Shown: piece after piece, positions 8,195-16,188 of the stretch
Numbering within the stretch: the stretch's first letter is position 1
Layout of the letters: the number at the start of each line of letters is the position of its first letter
DNA from: an uncultured Spirochaetales bacterium
Lineage (GTDB): Bacteria > Spirochaetota > Spirochaetia > Sphaerochaetales > Sphaerochaetaceae
Assembly: GCA_944390045.1 (NCBI GenBank)
Contig: CALXOO010000004.1
Span: 4,464 to 68,463 of the forward strand
DNA length: 64,000 nt
Direction of reading: 5' to 3'
Program-made: the position numbers and the translations under genes
The notes under the pieces: model-generated
What the model was told of the DNA's origin: nothing
The model's database searches: none
Seen by the model: the letters and a program-made list of their open reading frames with translations, nothing else

Positions 8195-10306
8195 TCATTT
8201 GGTGACGGCAAACCTCAGTGAGAAGATCATACCCTTTCCAAGGCTGTCATAGCCGAAACGGAATGTCATCGGGATATTCTGAAGTCCGATGAGCGACAGC
8301 TCGAACTGAAGCTCGATTCCTGTCGTGTACTCAGGTATGAAACCGTCGTTGAACAGCAGGTCGCAGAAGACCGACAGCTCAAGATAGTCCGCCATCAGCA
8401 GCTCTCCGAAGGAGGGGGCTGAAGTGAAGGCGTAGCCGAATGACAGCGGCAGCAGGACGAAGTAGCCCTGTCCCTGATCATTGAATGACGGAGTGCCGTC
8501 CTCGCTGTAGATGAACTTCCCCCCGTCATTCAGCGTCTTGCTGTTTGTGATAAAGCCGTCCGCCGGATAAATGGGAGCCATTGAGCCGTCGAGCGAGAAG
8601 CGTGACATGAGACCGATGTCAAAATAGAAAGTGGTCGCATCAGGAATGACATAAAGCCGCGTGTCGGCACTTGTCTGAAGATAGTGGTGCGGAGTGCTGG
8701 AGAAGCTGGGCATGGTCAGCATATAGCCGAAAGTAAGATTAAGCCTGGCATAGTCCCAGAGATTCACGGCCCCCTTCAGCCTGGCCGTCAGCATATACTG
8801 ATCCTCATCCCTTTCATTTCCGAAGTCCTGATAGAGCTCAAGCGCCTGGTTGAATTCCAGCGTGAAATAGCGGGAGGAGAATATCTTGTAGTCAAACCCC
8901 TGGCGGGCGTAGATCGAAGGCACGTACCACTCCGGATAGCCGTTGAATGTGAAAGCAGAATAGAGCGAGAACCGCATCTGGTTGATCGGATAGTAAGACA
9001 TCCCGAGCGAGATCAGGAAGTCAGCCTGCACGTCCTTGTTGCGGGTCGCGTCATAGGCGCCTCCGACCAGGGTGGAGAACTCGAATACCCGGCTTGAGAG
9101 CTTGTACTCAAGTCCGACATCAAAGGTGTTCCTGAGATAATACGGATACTCATTCGTCTGGAATGTATACATGCCAAGGGAAATTGTGTTCGACCAGTTC
9201 GGCTGGCCTACCCTTGAGAAGTAGTACTGGTTCTGGATGACCTCGTCTATGTTCCGCTGGAGCTCTATCCTCCGCTGTGCGATGGATGGGGACAGTCCGT
9301 GCCTGTACAGACCGGACAGCTGGTCAGCGACCTCCTGTGCGCTCTGATATCCGATCTGGGCCATCTCCGCTGCGGCACCGAAGTCCATGAAGCTGAACTT
9401 CTCGACCCCGCAGCGTATCCAGATCATCCTGTCGCCGTATTCCCTCAGCTCACTGGCGGCATTCTGCCTCTTGCCGATCTCGAATGAGACATTGAGTATG
9501 TTGAGTATGTTCTTCAGGTTCAGCTGGTCATTGTCATAGAAAGTGGTCGAGACGATGACAGTATCGCTGTAGTTGTAGGCGACAGCGATAGGCGCAAGAT
9601 TGATGATGCCGCCGTCAACGAGCAGATGTCCGCGGTATTCCTGCGGAGGGAAGTATGCGGGAATGGCAAAACTGGCCAGCATGATGTCGCTGAACGGGCC
9701 TTCCATGATCCGCACTTCCCTCTTGGTCACCAGATCCTGACAGATGACCATCACGGGAATCTCCAGGTCCTCTATCTGGAGACTGCCGCCGACAACGGAC
9801 TCGACAAGGCCCTTGAAGCCGGCCGGCTCAAGAAGACCGCCCTCGATGGGGATCGTCATCTTGAAGAAGGTTGACAGATCGCCTGAGGTGACAACTGACA
9901 TGATCTGGTCACTTGAAAGCCCTGCGGCGTAAAGAAGGGCTATGATTGATCCCATGGAGTTGGATATGATGAAGTCCGGCTCGATGCCCTGGTCCTCAAG
10001 GTACTTCAGCACGCCAAGATGGGCGAAGGCCCTGGCGGATCCGCCTGTGAGCACAAGTCCGATCGGGTCTCTCTGACCTCCGGTACGCTCCAGTATGCGC
10101 TCCCTGAAGCCCTCTTCTCCGTAGGCGATGGGAACATCAGCCAGAAGCAGGTCATCAGCGGCCATGACGCTGGTCCCGTCACTTACTATGATTGTGGTGG
10201 CGCCATCTGCCTGACCGATAACGGAAGCATCCGCCGGCGCCGAGCTGAAGAGTGCCGGCACACAAAGCAGCGTGAACAAGACTAGCAGAATAATCTTCCT
10301 GACCAT
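8195..10306 (-). CDS. patatin-like phospholipase fused to a C-terminal beta-barrel-like domain (PlpD / type Vd autotransporter-like)
   Basis: Signal peptide MVRKIILLVLFTLLCVPALFSSAPADA (ATG 10306). Patatin motifs GGSARAF, SNSMGS (nucleophile elbow) and VDGG (catalytic Asp). The C-terminal ~400 aa is rich in alternating aromatic/beta patterns and ends FSLRFAVTK. Confidence 0.75.
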   Translation of the reverse strand: MVRKIILLVLFTLLCVPALFSSAPADASVIGQADGATTIIVSDGTSVMAADDLLLADVPIAYGEEGFRERILERTGGQRDPIGLVLTGGSARAFAHLGVLKYLEDQGIEPDFIISNSMGSIIALLYAAGLSSDQIMSVVTSGDLSTFFKMTIPIEGGLLEPAGFKGLVESVVGGSLQIEDLEIPVMVICQDLVTKREVRIMEGPFSDIMLASFAIPAYFPPQEYRGHLLVDGGIINLAPIAVAYNYSDTVIVSTTFYDNDQLNLKNILNILNVSFEIGKRQNAASELREYGDRMIWIRCGVEKFSFMDFGAAAEMAQIGYQSAQEVADQLSGLYRHGLSPSIAQRRIELQRNIDEVIQNQYYFSRVGQPNWSNTISLGMYTFQTNEYPYYLRNTFDVGLEYKLSSRVFEFSTLVGGAYDATRNKDVQADFLISLGMSYYPINQMRFSLYSAFTFNGYPEWYVPSIYARQGFDYKIFSSRYFTLEFNQALELYQDFGNERDEDQYMLTARLKGAVNLWDYARLNLTFGYMLTMPSFSSTPHHYLQTSADTRLYVIPDATTFYFDIGLMSRFSLDGSMAPIYPADGFITNSKTLNDGGKFIYSEDGTPSFNDQGQGYFVLLPLSFGYAFTSAPSFGELLMADYLELSVFCDLLFNDGFIPEYTTGIELQFELSLIGLQNIPMTFRFGYDSLGKGMIFSLRFAVTK

Positions 10307-10407
10307 ATTTCCCCCTGAGAAGCACATGTCCAGAGAATAATATAATAATACAAAGAAGAGAATCAACGCAGAACGGGAAAGCCGGCAAAAGGGGCAACCC
10401 TTGCCTT

Positions 10408-10441
10408 AAAATAAAACAACTCCTTATAAATCAAGGAGTTG
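10408..10441 (-). terminator. Rho-independent terminator downstream of the 74-aa ORF
   Basis: On the minus strand CAACTCCTT-GATTTAT-AAGGAGTTG (10441-10417) is followed by TTTTATTTT. Confidence 0.6.
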
Positions 10442-10540
10442 AATCAATAGCAAGAATGCCAAAATGGATATAAATAAACGTTTCCTTGCCAGAGGGGGGG
10501 GGTAAATTCTGAGGTGGAGGGGCAATAATGGAATTGGGCC

Positions 10541-10765
10541 CTAAAGGTCATCAAAATCGCTCAGCTTCAGATTCTCCGGGAACTTGAACCCGCGCGGGAG
10601 ATAGTACTCATAACTGTCCGACTCTATGTGACAGCCTTCCGGCCATATGATCATCCACATATTTTTCCTCATAAGGGGAATGTTTGCTCCCACCATAAAT
10701 TTGAAAGCACCGAGTGTCATCGGGTTCAGCTTCTTAAGCCTTGTGCGTTCCTCTTCCGTAAGCAT
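10541..10765 (-). CDS. hypothetical small protein (74 aa)
   Basis: ATG 10765 preceded by GGAGG at 7 nt; the track ORF extends to 10867 without an RBS. MLTEEERTRLKKLNPMTLGAFKFM... has no recognised family. AT-rich islet. Confidence 0.45.
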   Translation of the reverse strand: MLTEEERTRLKKLNPMTLGAFKFMVGANIPLMRKNMWMIIWPEGCHIESDSYEYYLPRGFKFPENLKLSDFDDL

Positions 10766-10865
10766 GTGCAGTCCTCCATTGCCCTGTATTATACGTAAAA
10801 AGCCGGGTGTTATTTGTGCATAGCAATTCTGATTTGACTGCGATAGACTTTCTTCAGGAGAATTC

Positions 10866-11793
10866 ATGAAAAAAAGGAGAATATTGTTTCTGTTGCTCGC
10901 TGTCTTTACAGCGTTTCCATTATTTGCTGGATGGAAGATGGAACGGCCAAACTCGCCATATATCCACTGCGTTCAAACAGTAAACGGAACCATGCTGAGA
11001 GATGGAAAAACCTCAAACTGCAAAGCGCATGTTGAATTATGCTTGTACTACATCGGGAAAGACAAGCTGATAGTAGACTCAATCGAATTTAGCTTCTCAA
11101 GGTTTTTTTAAAACTATCGAATTGTATGATGGCATCAACCCCTTCGTTACACCATGCGAACTTGAGTTTATGATTGCCGGCGAAGTCTATGAAGTGTTTG
11201 CTACCCCATCTGTGGAGTTCCTAGAAATATCGGGAGTCTTGGATACGGACGAAGTAGATATAAAGTCTGCAATAGTGCAGGCACTTTACGACGGAGAAAA
11301 GGTTGTTGCTGTAGCTAGCTACAACTATGCTACCTACTATTTTGACATTGACCCTCAAGGATTCAGGTCTGTAGTAAATATCTACGGAAAAGACAACATC
11401 AAATATCCCGATTGGCAGGTAGATAAGAAAGACACTGGAAGATATTCAGCCTCTGTGTTTATACCAAGTACCAACACAAACTATGTCATTGGACTTTCCC
11501 TTGCGGGCTCAAATACTGAAAGAATGATCAGCGACATGAAAATAACCTTATACGAGAAAATCGGCTCAATTGTATGGATGGCCAATTCCCGATATGGGGA
11601 ATCTGCCCGTTTCTCATTTGATGATGGTAAGAGAATAAACTACAAGGTCAGTTTCTTTCCGGATGAAAACGCGATGGCATCCCTTGCTGAGAAACTTTTA
11701 ATGAATGATACCCGTGTTGTCAGAGTCGAAATGAACAATTTCTCCATCTTGATGGAGACCAGCGAACTGGCGAACCATTTCTTCATGCGCTGA
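10866..11793 (+). CDS. exported hypothetical protein split into two frames at a T7 tract (ORFs 10866-11111 and 11122-11793)
   Basis: The first ORF has RBS AGGAG and signal peptide MKKRRILFLLLAVFTAFPLFAG and stops at TAA 11109-11111, directly after TTTTTTT (11103-11109). The second frame is open from 11092. Removing one T joins them as ...SFSRFFKTIELYDGINPF... Confidence 0.5.
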
Positions 11794-11815
11794 TAGACAG
11801 CAACTGGTGGGGCCT

Positions 11816-12598
11816 CTACAGCCCCACTTCGACCTCACGCCCATCCATGAACCGCACCGTCACGCTCTCCCCCGACCTCACTTTCATGCACTCGATGAGG
11901 GAGGTGAACATCTCGGGATCGAAGGAGTCCACGACATCGGGCATCCTCTCCACATCCTCCACATACCTGCGTATCCCGGCAAGTGCAGAGTTGTTGGATG
12001 CAATCCCGCCCTCCGCCGCCACAAGACGGTTCTTGGCCGCCATGTAGCGCTGGATGATGGCGTTGTACCTCCTCTCGTACTCGTCCTGGTCGATGGCGCT
12101 TGCCGCATTCTCGCGGACAGCATCATTCGCAAGGCTTGCGGCCTCCTCCATCTCCCGTCTGGCCAGAACCGCCTCGGCTTCCAAGGCGGAGTTGTCGTAG
12201 ACCTCACGGGCAATGGACATCGCCGTCTTGACCAGTGCGGTCTTCGAGGACGCCACAATGTTGAGGGCTTTTACTGCAAGGGACTTGATCTCCTCGTCGG
12301 TCAGACGCTCGGTGGCGCATCCCTTCTTCTTCTGGATCTCTCCGATGCACTGCCACACCGTCTTGCGGTACTTTGTGTTCGAGTTCCACACCCTTGGCGT
12401 GTACACACTTCCACACTCCGCGCAGAAGATGTGGCCGGAGAAGATGTTTCCCTTGTAGATGACTGGGCCGTGGTTGATCGAGTATGAGAATAGAATGACA
12501 TCAAAGTCAGACAACTCGCTGTAGCGGTATACTCCTGACTTGACCAGATCGGCGGACGAAAAAGTCTCTATGTCGATGCTCAAGGAACGCATATCCAT
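11816..12598 (-). pseudogene. fusion remnant: N-terminal fragment of a phage-type DNA polymerase 3'-5' exonuclease domain joined to the C-terminal half of a large serine recombinase
   Basis: Residues 1-43 (SLSIDIETFSSADLVKSGVYRYSELSDFDVILFSYS) look like an Exo I motif region. The rest has IFSGHIFCAECGSVYTPRVWNSNTKYRKTVWQC (recombinase zinc ribbon), a coiled coil and the FDPEMFTSLIECMKVRSGESVTVRFMDGREVEV tail. No resolvase catalytic domain is present. Confidence 0.6.
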
Positions 12599-12656
12599 GA
12601 AGAAAACTCCTCATGGATATTGCTGGAATGGTTCGGGGCAGGGAGTTGGGGACAAC

Positions 12657-12806
12657 CTACCCGCGTGACAGGACAAGGGTGTAGGCCTCGACAACAGACA
12701 GCTTGTCAACAGATGCGACCAGCCTTGAAACAGAAAAAGAACTCTCAGATTTGATCTTCAACACCATACGCTCACAGACATCTAAGAATTCAAAAGAATC
12801 GGACAT
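12657..12806 (-). CDS. possible 49-aa ORF (below track cutoff)
   Basis: ATG 12806 preceded by AGGAGAG. MSDSFEFLDVCERMVLKIKSESSFSVSRLVASVDKLSVVEAYTLVLSRG. No homology recognised. Confidence 0.25.
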   Translation of the reverse strand: MSDSFEFLDVCERMVLKIKSESSFSVSRLVASVDKLSVVEAYTLVLSRG

Positions 12807-12840
12807 AGCTGCTTCTCTCCTGTCATTAAAAGCCGTATGA

Positions 12841-13458
12841 TTACAGTGCTATCTGGTTGTATACAGTGTTGAATCCAGATGTCTCAAGTGTTCCAAGATT
12901 GTATTTTGATGAGCCATATTCCGTTTGATTGATAACCAGTCTCAGAGGCCTTTCTGTCTTCAGAAGAGAAATCATTTGTGGCGTGTCCTTCCAGTTTGTA
13001 TAAAGGAAGTTGTCTCCGGTCTCAAGATTGAAAGTGTGGGTATTGCCACTTTCATCCCTTACACTGAGACGATATGAACCATATCCTCCAACTGAGTACG
13101 ATCCGTATTCGTAAAGGAAGAAGTCAACGGAATATGTGTCGACTCTGATATCCCAGAGCAAATCCTCACCATAGGTGACGGAGTTTGAGAAAGTGCCATA
13201 CTGCACCTCATTCTGAGTTATAAAGTGATCTCCAGTTTCATCTCCGAACTCATCTACATAATTTCCGACTGTCCACACCCCCATACTTGCAGCTGGTGTG
13301 GACGATGTGGTGGTGGCCTGATCCAGTGCATTCGGCTTTCCGGCAAGCGCATCAGCGTAGCCTTGTCTATAGCCGCTCTCCCAATCTGCCGATGCCGCCA
13401 CCAATGGAATACAAACGATGACAGCCAAAATTATGATTGCAGTAAGAGTTTTCTTCAT
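12841..13458 (-). CDS. exported hypothetical protein
   Basis: ATG 13458 preceded by GAGGAGGGG. Signal peptide MKKTLTAIIILAVIVCIPLVAASA. No recognised domain. Confidence 0.6.
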   Translation of the reverse strand: MKKTLTAIIILAVIVCIPLVAASADWESGYRQGYADALAGKPNALDQATTTSSTPAASMGVWTVGNYVDEFGDETGDHFITQNEVQYGTFSNSVTYGEDLLWDIRVDTYSVDFFLYEYGSYSVGGYGSYRLSVRDESGNTHTFNLETGDNFLYTNWKDTPQMISLLKTERPLRLVINQTEYGSSKYNLGTLETSGFNTVYNQIAL

Positions 13459-13480
13459 ATACCCCTCCTCTATGTCAATA

Positions 13481-13509
13481 ATTATACGACACAAGAAGAC
13501 AGAATTGAA
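13481..13509 (-). promoter_or_regulatory. sigma70-like promoter for the 12841-13458 gene
   Basis: Minus strand TTCAAT (13509-13504), 17-nt spacer, TATAAT (13486-13481), about 20 nt upstream of the RBS. Confidence 0.45.
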
Positions 13510-13537
13510 GGGGCTGATGCACTTTTGCATCAGCCCC
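13510..13537 (-). terminator. hairpin terminator downstream of tRNA-Leu
   Basis: Perfect 12-bp stem GGGGCTGATGCA / TGCATCAGCCCC with a 4-nt loop. On the minus strand it is followed by TTCAATTCTGTCTTCTT. Confidence 0.6.
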
Positions 13538-13564
13538 CATTATATCTATTTGTTACATTAATCT

Positions 13565-13648
13565 TAGCCGCAATCGGGATCGAACCGATATGGCATTGCT
13601 GCCGGCAGATTTTGAGTCTACTGCGTCTACCTGTTCCGCCATGCGGCC
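13565..13648 (-). tRNA. tRNA-Leu (anticodon CAA), 84 nt, CCA not encoded
   Basis: Hand-folded structure:
- Acceptor GGCCGCA/TGCGGCT (G1-U72 wobble).
- D arm GCG-GAACAGGTAGA-CGC.
- Anticodon stem GTAGA/TCTGC with loop CTCAAAA.
- Long variable arm GGCA-GCAA-TGCC.
- T arm ATCGG-TTCGATC-CCGAT.
- Discriminator A. Confidence 0.93.
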
Positions 13649-13770
13649 GCACAGGTGCCTAGCGTATTAGCAAAAAGCCGTTTAGTCAACCTGCGCGCCT
13701 GGCATGACAGCCCTGTGCCGCGGCAGCCGAGCCCCGGCAGCACAGCCGGGGTCAGCACGGCAGCGGATGT

Positions 13771-14754
13771 TCACGGCATGATGGTAGTGGCGAAGTCCTC
13801 GATCGTCTTCGGTGTCAGATACCAGTTGCCGGCAAGCTCGCCTTCCGTGATCACGATACCGATGTTCGGGAGTTTCCTGATGATGTCCGTTACCATAGCC
13901 TTTACCTCATCAGCAGCAGCAGGATCGTCCCCACCGCCCTGCGGAATGCTGAAGCTCAGCGCATCATCCAGATTGAGCCTGATTGTCACATCTGAGATAC
14001 CCGCGATGCTTCCGGACAGGTCCGCAGATACAGCGGCACCGCCTGAGACGGTGACAACGCTTGGCACCCCTTCAGTTGTGAATTCGTCCACCGTGAGTGA
14101 TCCGTCAACATTCGCGGCAGCTGTCACATTCTGCTTCTCACCGCCAATAGTAAGACCGGTGATGGTGGCCTTCGCAGTTCCATTGACTCTGCATGTGTTG
14201 CACCTATTTATGATAGTGACATTCAGTTCCTTGTCGATCTGATTGTATTCTTCGGTTCCTTCTGCTATCAGTTCTCCGTCATCAACCTTATAAGCGAATA
14301 CAGGATAATTATATCCATCAAATCTGACGAACGATTCACTGATCACCTTGGCACCTGCAAGAGCAGATAGACTGAGGTCTGAGACATCCCCAAGAGTATA
14401 TGTCGCCTCAACTACCGGTATGCCGGACTCCATCCTCAATGACGGAACGACTGTCACTCTGAGAGTGTCCCCATCAAGGAATTCCACTTCAGCGGACATG
14501 TCATCAACGACATACGAATCCGGTGCCTGGAAATTTTCTGAGGAGACCTCCTTCATAATGGTGGAGATCACATTTGTCAGGCCGGAGACGACACTTGCAG
14601 TTGCCTCCTGACTGTTTCCGGAATTCGGATCGTCAATCACCGGCGTTCCGTTGTCACCGAGCCCCGGATCAACTCCGGGATTAGAGTTGTCCCCACTGCA
14701 GGACACAGTGAAGATCAACAACGCGATCAAAAGAAAATACAGCAGCTTCTTCAT
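13771..14754 (-). CDS. hypothetical lipoprotein
   Basis: ATG 14754 preceded by AAGGAGGG. MKKLLYFLLIALLIFTVSCSG lipobox. No recognised domain. Confidence 0.6.
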   Translation of the reverse strand: MKKLLYFLLIALLIFTVSCSGDNSNPGVDPGLGDNGTPVIDDPNSGNSQEATASVVSGLTNVISTIMKEVSSENFQAPDSYVVDDMSAEVEFLDGDTLRVTVVPSLRMESGIPVVEATYTLGDVSDLSLSALAGAKVISESFVRFDGYNYPVFAYKVDDGELIAEGTEEYNQIDKELNVTIINRCNTCRVNGTAKATITGLTIGGEKQNVTAAANVDGSLTVDEFTTEGVPSVVTVSGGAAVSADLSGSIAGISDVTIRLNLDDALSFSIPQGGGDDPAAADEVKAMVTDIIRKLPNIGIVITEGELAGNWYLTPKTIEDFATTIMP

Positions 14755-15046
14755 AGCTACCCTCCTTTTCTGTAGGTTTCCCGGGTGCATGCGAAGACAA
14801 GACAATCCCCTCACACACACCTGACAATAAAGTAATGTATTTTTTTTTGTACACAAGCTTTATGCGTTTTTAAATTGAAAAATACCGCAGTGCATGGTGT
14901 ACTTGGAGCTGTTGAGAGTTCCGGATCCGTCCTCCCTGGTGCTGCTAATGGCTTATGCGGAACTCAGCCCCGGGTCCGCAGCGTGCCCGCGCTGTCCCCG
15001 AACTGCCCTGCCGCCGTGCTTTTTCCTGATGAGGTGAAGAATTCGG

Positions 15047-15075
15047 TTTACAGCAAAAAGAAATGAGTCTAGTAT
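15047..15075 (+). promoter_or_regulatory. candidate sigma70 promoter of uxuA
   Basis: TTTACA (15047-15052), 17-nt spacer, TAGTAT (15070-15075), about 37 nt upstream of ATG 15112. Confidence 0.35.
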
Positions 15076-15111
15076 AGTAATATATCAAAAAAAAACAGGA
15101 GAAGACTAAGA

Positions 15112-16188
15112 ATGAAAATGACGCTTCGCTGGTACGGTCCCGGTCATGACTCTGTCACTCTGGACCAGATCCGCCAGATACCTGGAGTCACAGGTGTCAT
15201 CACCACACTGTATGACATCCCCGCCGGAGAGGAATGGCCGCTTGAGAGAGTCAGGCAGCTGAAGAAGGTCGTTGAGGATGCCGGACTGAAGATCGAGGGA
15301 ATCGAGTCAGTCAATGTCCATGACGCGATAAAGATCGGGACACCGGACCGCGACAAGTATATCGAAAACTACATCAGGAGCCTGGAGCATCTGGGACAGG
15401 AGGGAATCAACCTCGTCTGCTACAACTTCATGCCCGTTTTCGACTGGACAAGGACGGACCTGGCGAAGATGCGCCCGGACGGAGCCACAGTGCTGGCCTA
15501 TGACCAGAAAGTTGTGGACTCCATCGACCCGCAGGTTTTCTTCGACCAGACAAACGATGCCTCCAACGGCTTCGTGATGCCGGGCTGGGAGCCTGAGAGA
15601 CTTGCCCATGTCAAGGAACTCTTCGAGGCCTACAAGGATGTCGATGCGGACAGGCTCTTCAACAACCTTGTCTACTTCCTCGAGGCCATCGGCCCCGTTT
15701 GCGAGAAGTATGGAATCAGGATGGCAATCCATCCGGATGATCCGAGCTGGCCGGTGTTCGGACTGCCCAGGATCATCACCGGAAAGGATGCGATTCTCAA
15801 GCTCTTCAGGGCTGTGGACAAGCCCTACAACGGACTCACGTTCTGCATGGGCTCGCTCGGAAGCAACCCTGACATCAACTTCCCTGATGTGATCAGGGCC
15901 TGCGGAGACAGGATCTATTTCGCACATGTCAGGAACCTCCACCACTTCGCTCCTGGTGTGTTCGAGGAGGCGGCCCACCTCTCCTCGGACGGCTCTTTCG
16001 ACATGTATGAGGCAGTGAAGGCCCTTCACGACACAGGCTTCGACGGCCCAATCCGCCCGGATCACGGAAGGACGATCTGGGGAGAGAAGTGCATGCCGGG
16101 CTATGGCCTTTACGACAGGGCACTCGGAGCAATGTACATCGAAGGACTCTGGGAGGCCATCGACAAGGCAGAAGCAAGAGGTGTATGA
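15112..16188 (+). CDS. uxuA: mannonate dehydratase
   Basis: MKMTLRWYGPGHDSV..., CYNFMPVFDWTRTDL and overall collinearity with UxuA as I remember it. RBS CAGGAGAAG. Confidence 0.9.
   Translation: MKMTLRWYGPGHDSVTLDQIRQIPGVTGVITTLYDIPAGEEWPLERVRQLKKVVEDAGLKIEGIESVNVHDAIKIGTPDRDKYIENYIRSLEHLGQEGINLVCYNFMPVFDWTRTDLAKMRPDGATVLAYDQKVVDSIDPQVFFDQTNDASNGFVMPGWEPERLAHVKELFEAYKDVDADRLFNNLVYFLEAIGPVCEKYGIRMAIHPDDPSWPVFGLPRIITGKDAILKLFRAVDKPYNGLTFCMGSLGSNPDINFPDVIRACGDRIYFAHVRNLHHFAPGVFEEAAHLSSDGSFDMYEAVKALHDTGFDGPIRPDHGRTIWGEKCMPGYGLYDRALGAMYIEGLWEAIDKAEARGV

Noticed and set aside
10494-10587. G9 homopolymer (10494-10502) and a 19-codon ORF with a GGAGGGG RBS (ATG 10528)
   Set aside because: The mini-ORF overlaps the 3' end of the 74-aa gene in antisense and is too short to support. 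The G tract lies in a 3' untranslated region with no obvious gene to switch. It is noted only as a possible slippage-prone site.
11807-12487. 226-aa plus-strand ORF
   Set aside because: It is antisense to the recombinase/polymerase remnant, whose translation has recognisable motifs. The plus-strand product is Pro/His/Gly/Arg-rich with no features.
10380-13565. Direct repeat of the tRNA-Leu 3' end marking an integrase att site
   Set aside because: I found no second copy of the tRNA 3' portion (…ATCGGTTCGATCCCGATTGCGGCTA) at the far side of the islet. The recombinase remnant is also a serine type, which does not typically target tRNA genes. The islet borders therefore remain undefined.
14895-15027. 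Idea that the GC-rich segment is SRP RNA or 6S RNA
   Set aside because: I could not find the conserved SRP domain IV element (a GGAA tetraloop closed by complementary arms followed by AGCAGC) on either strand. The length is too short for 6S RNA. It is left as unassigned.
14875-15066. 63-aa ORF in the uxuA upstream region
   Set aside because: It has a TTG start, no RBS and a low-complexity Ala/Gly/Pro/Ser product. The region is treated instead as an unexplained structured non-coding segment.
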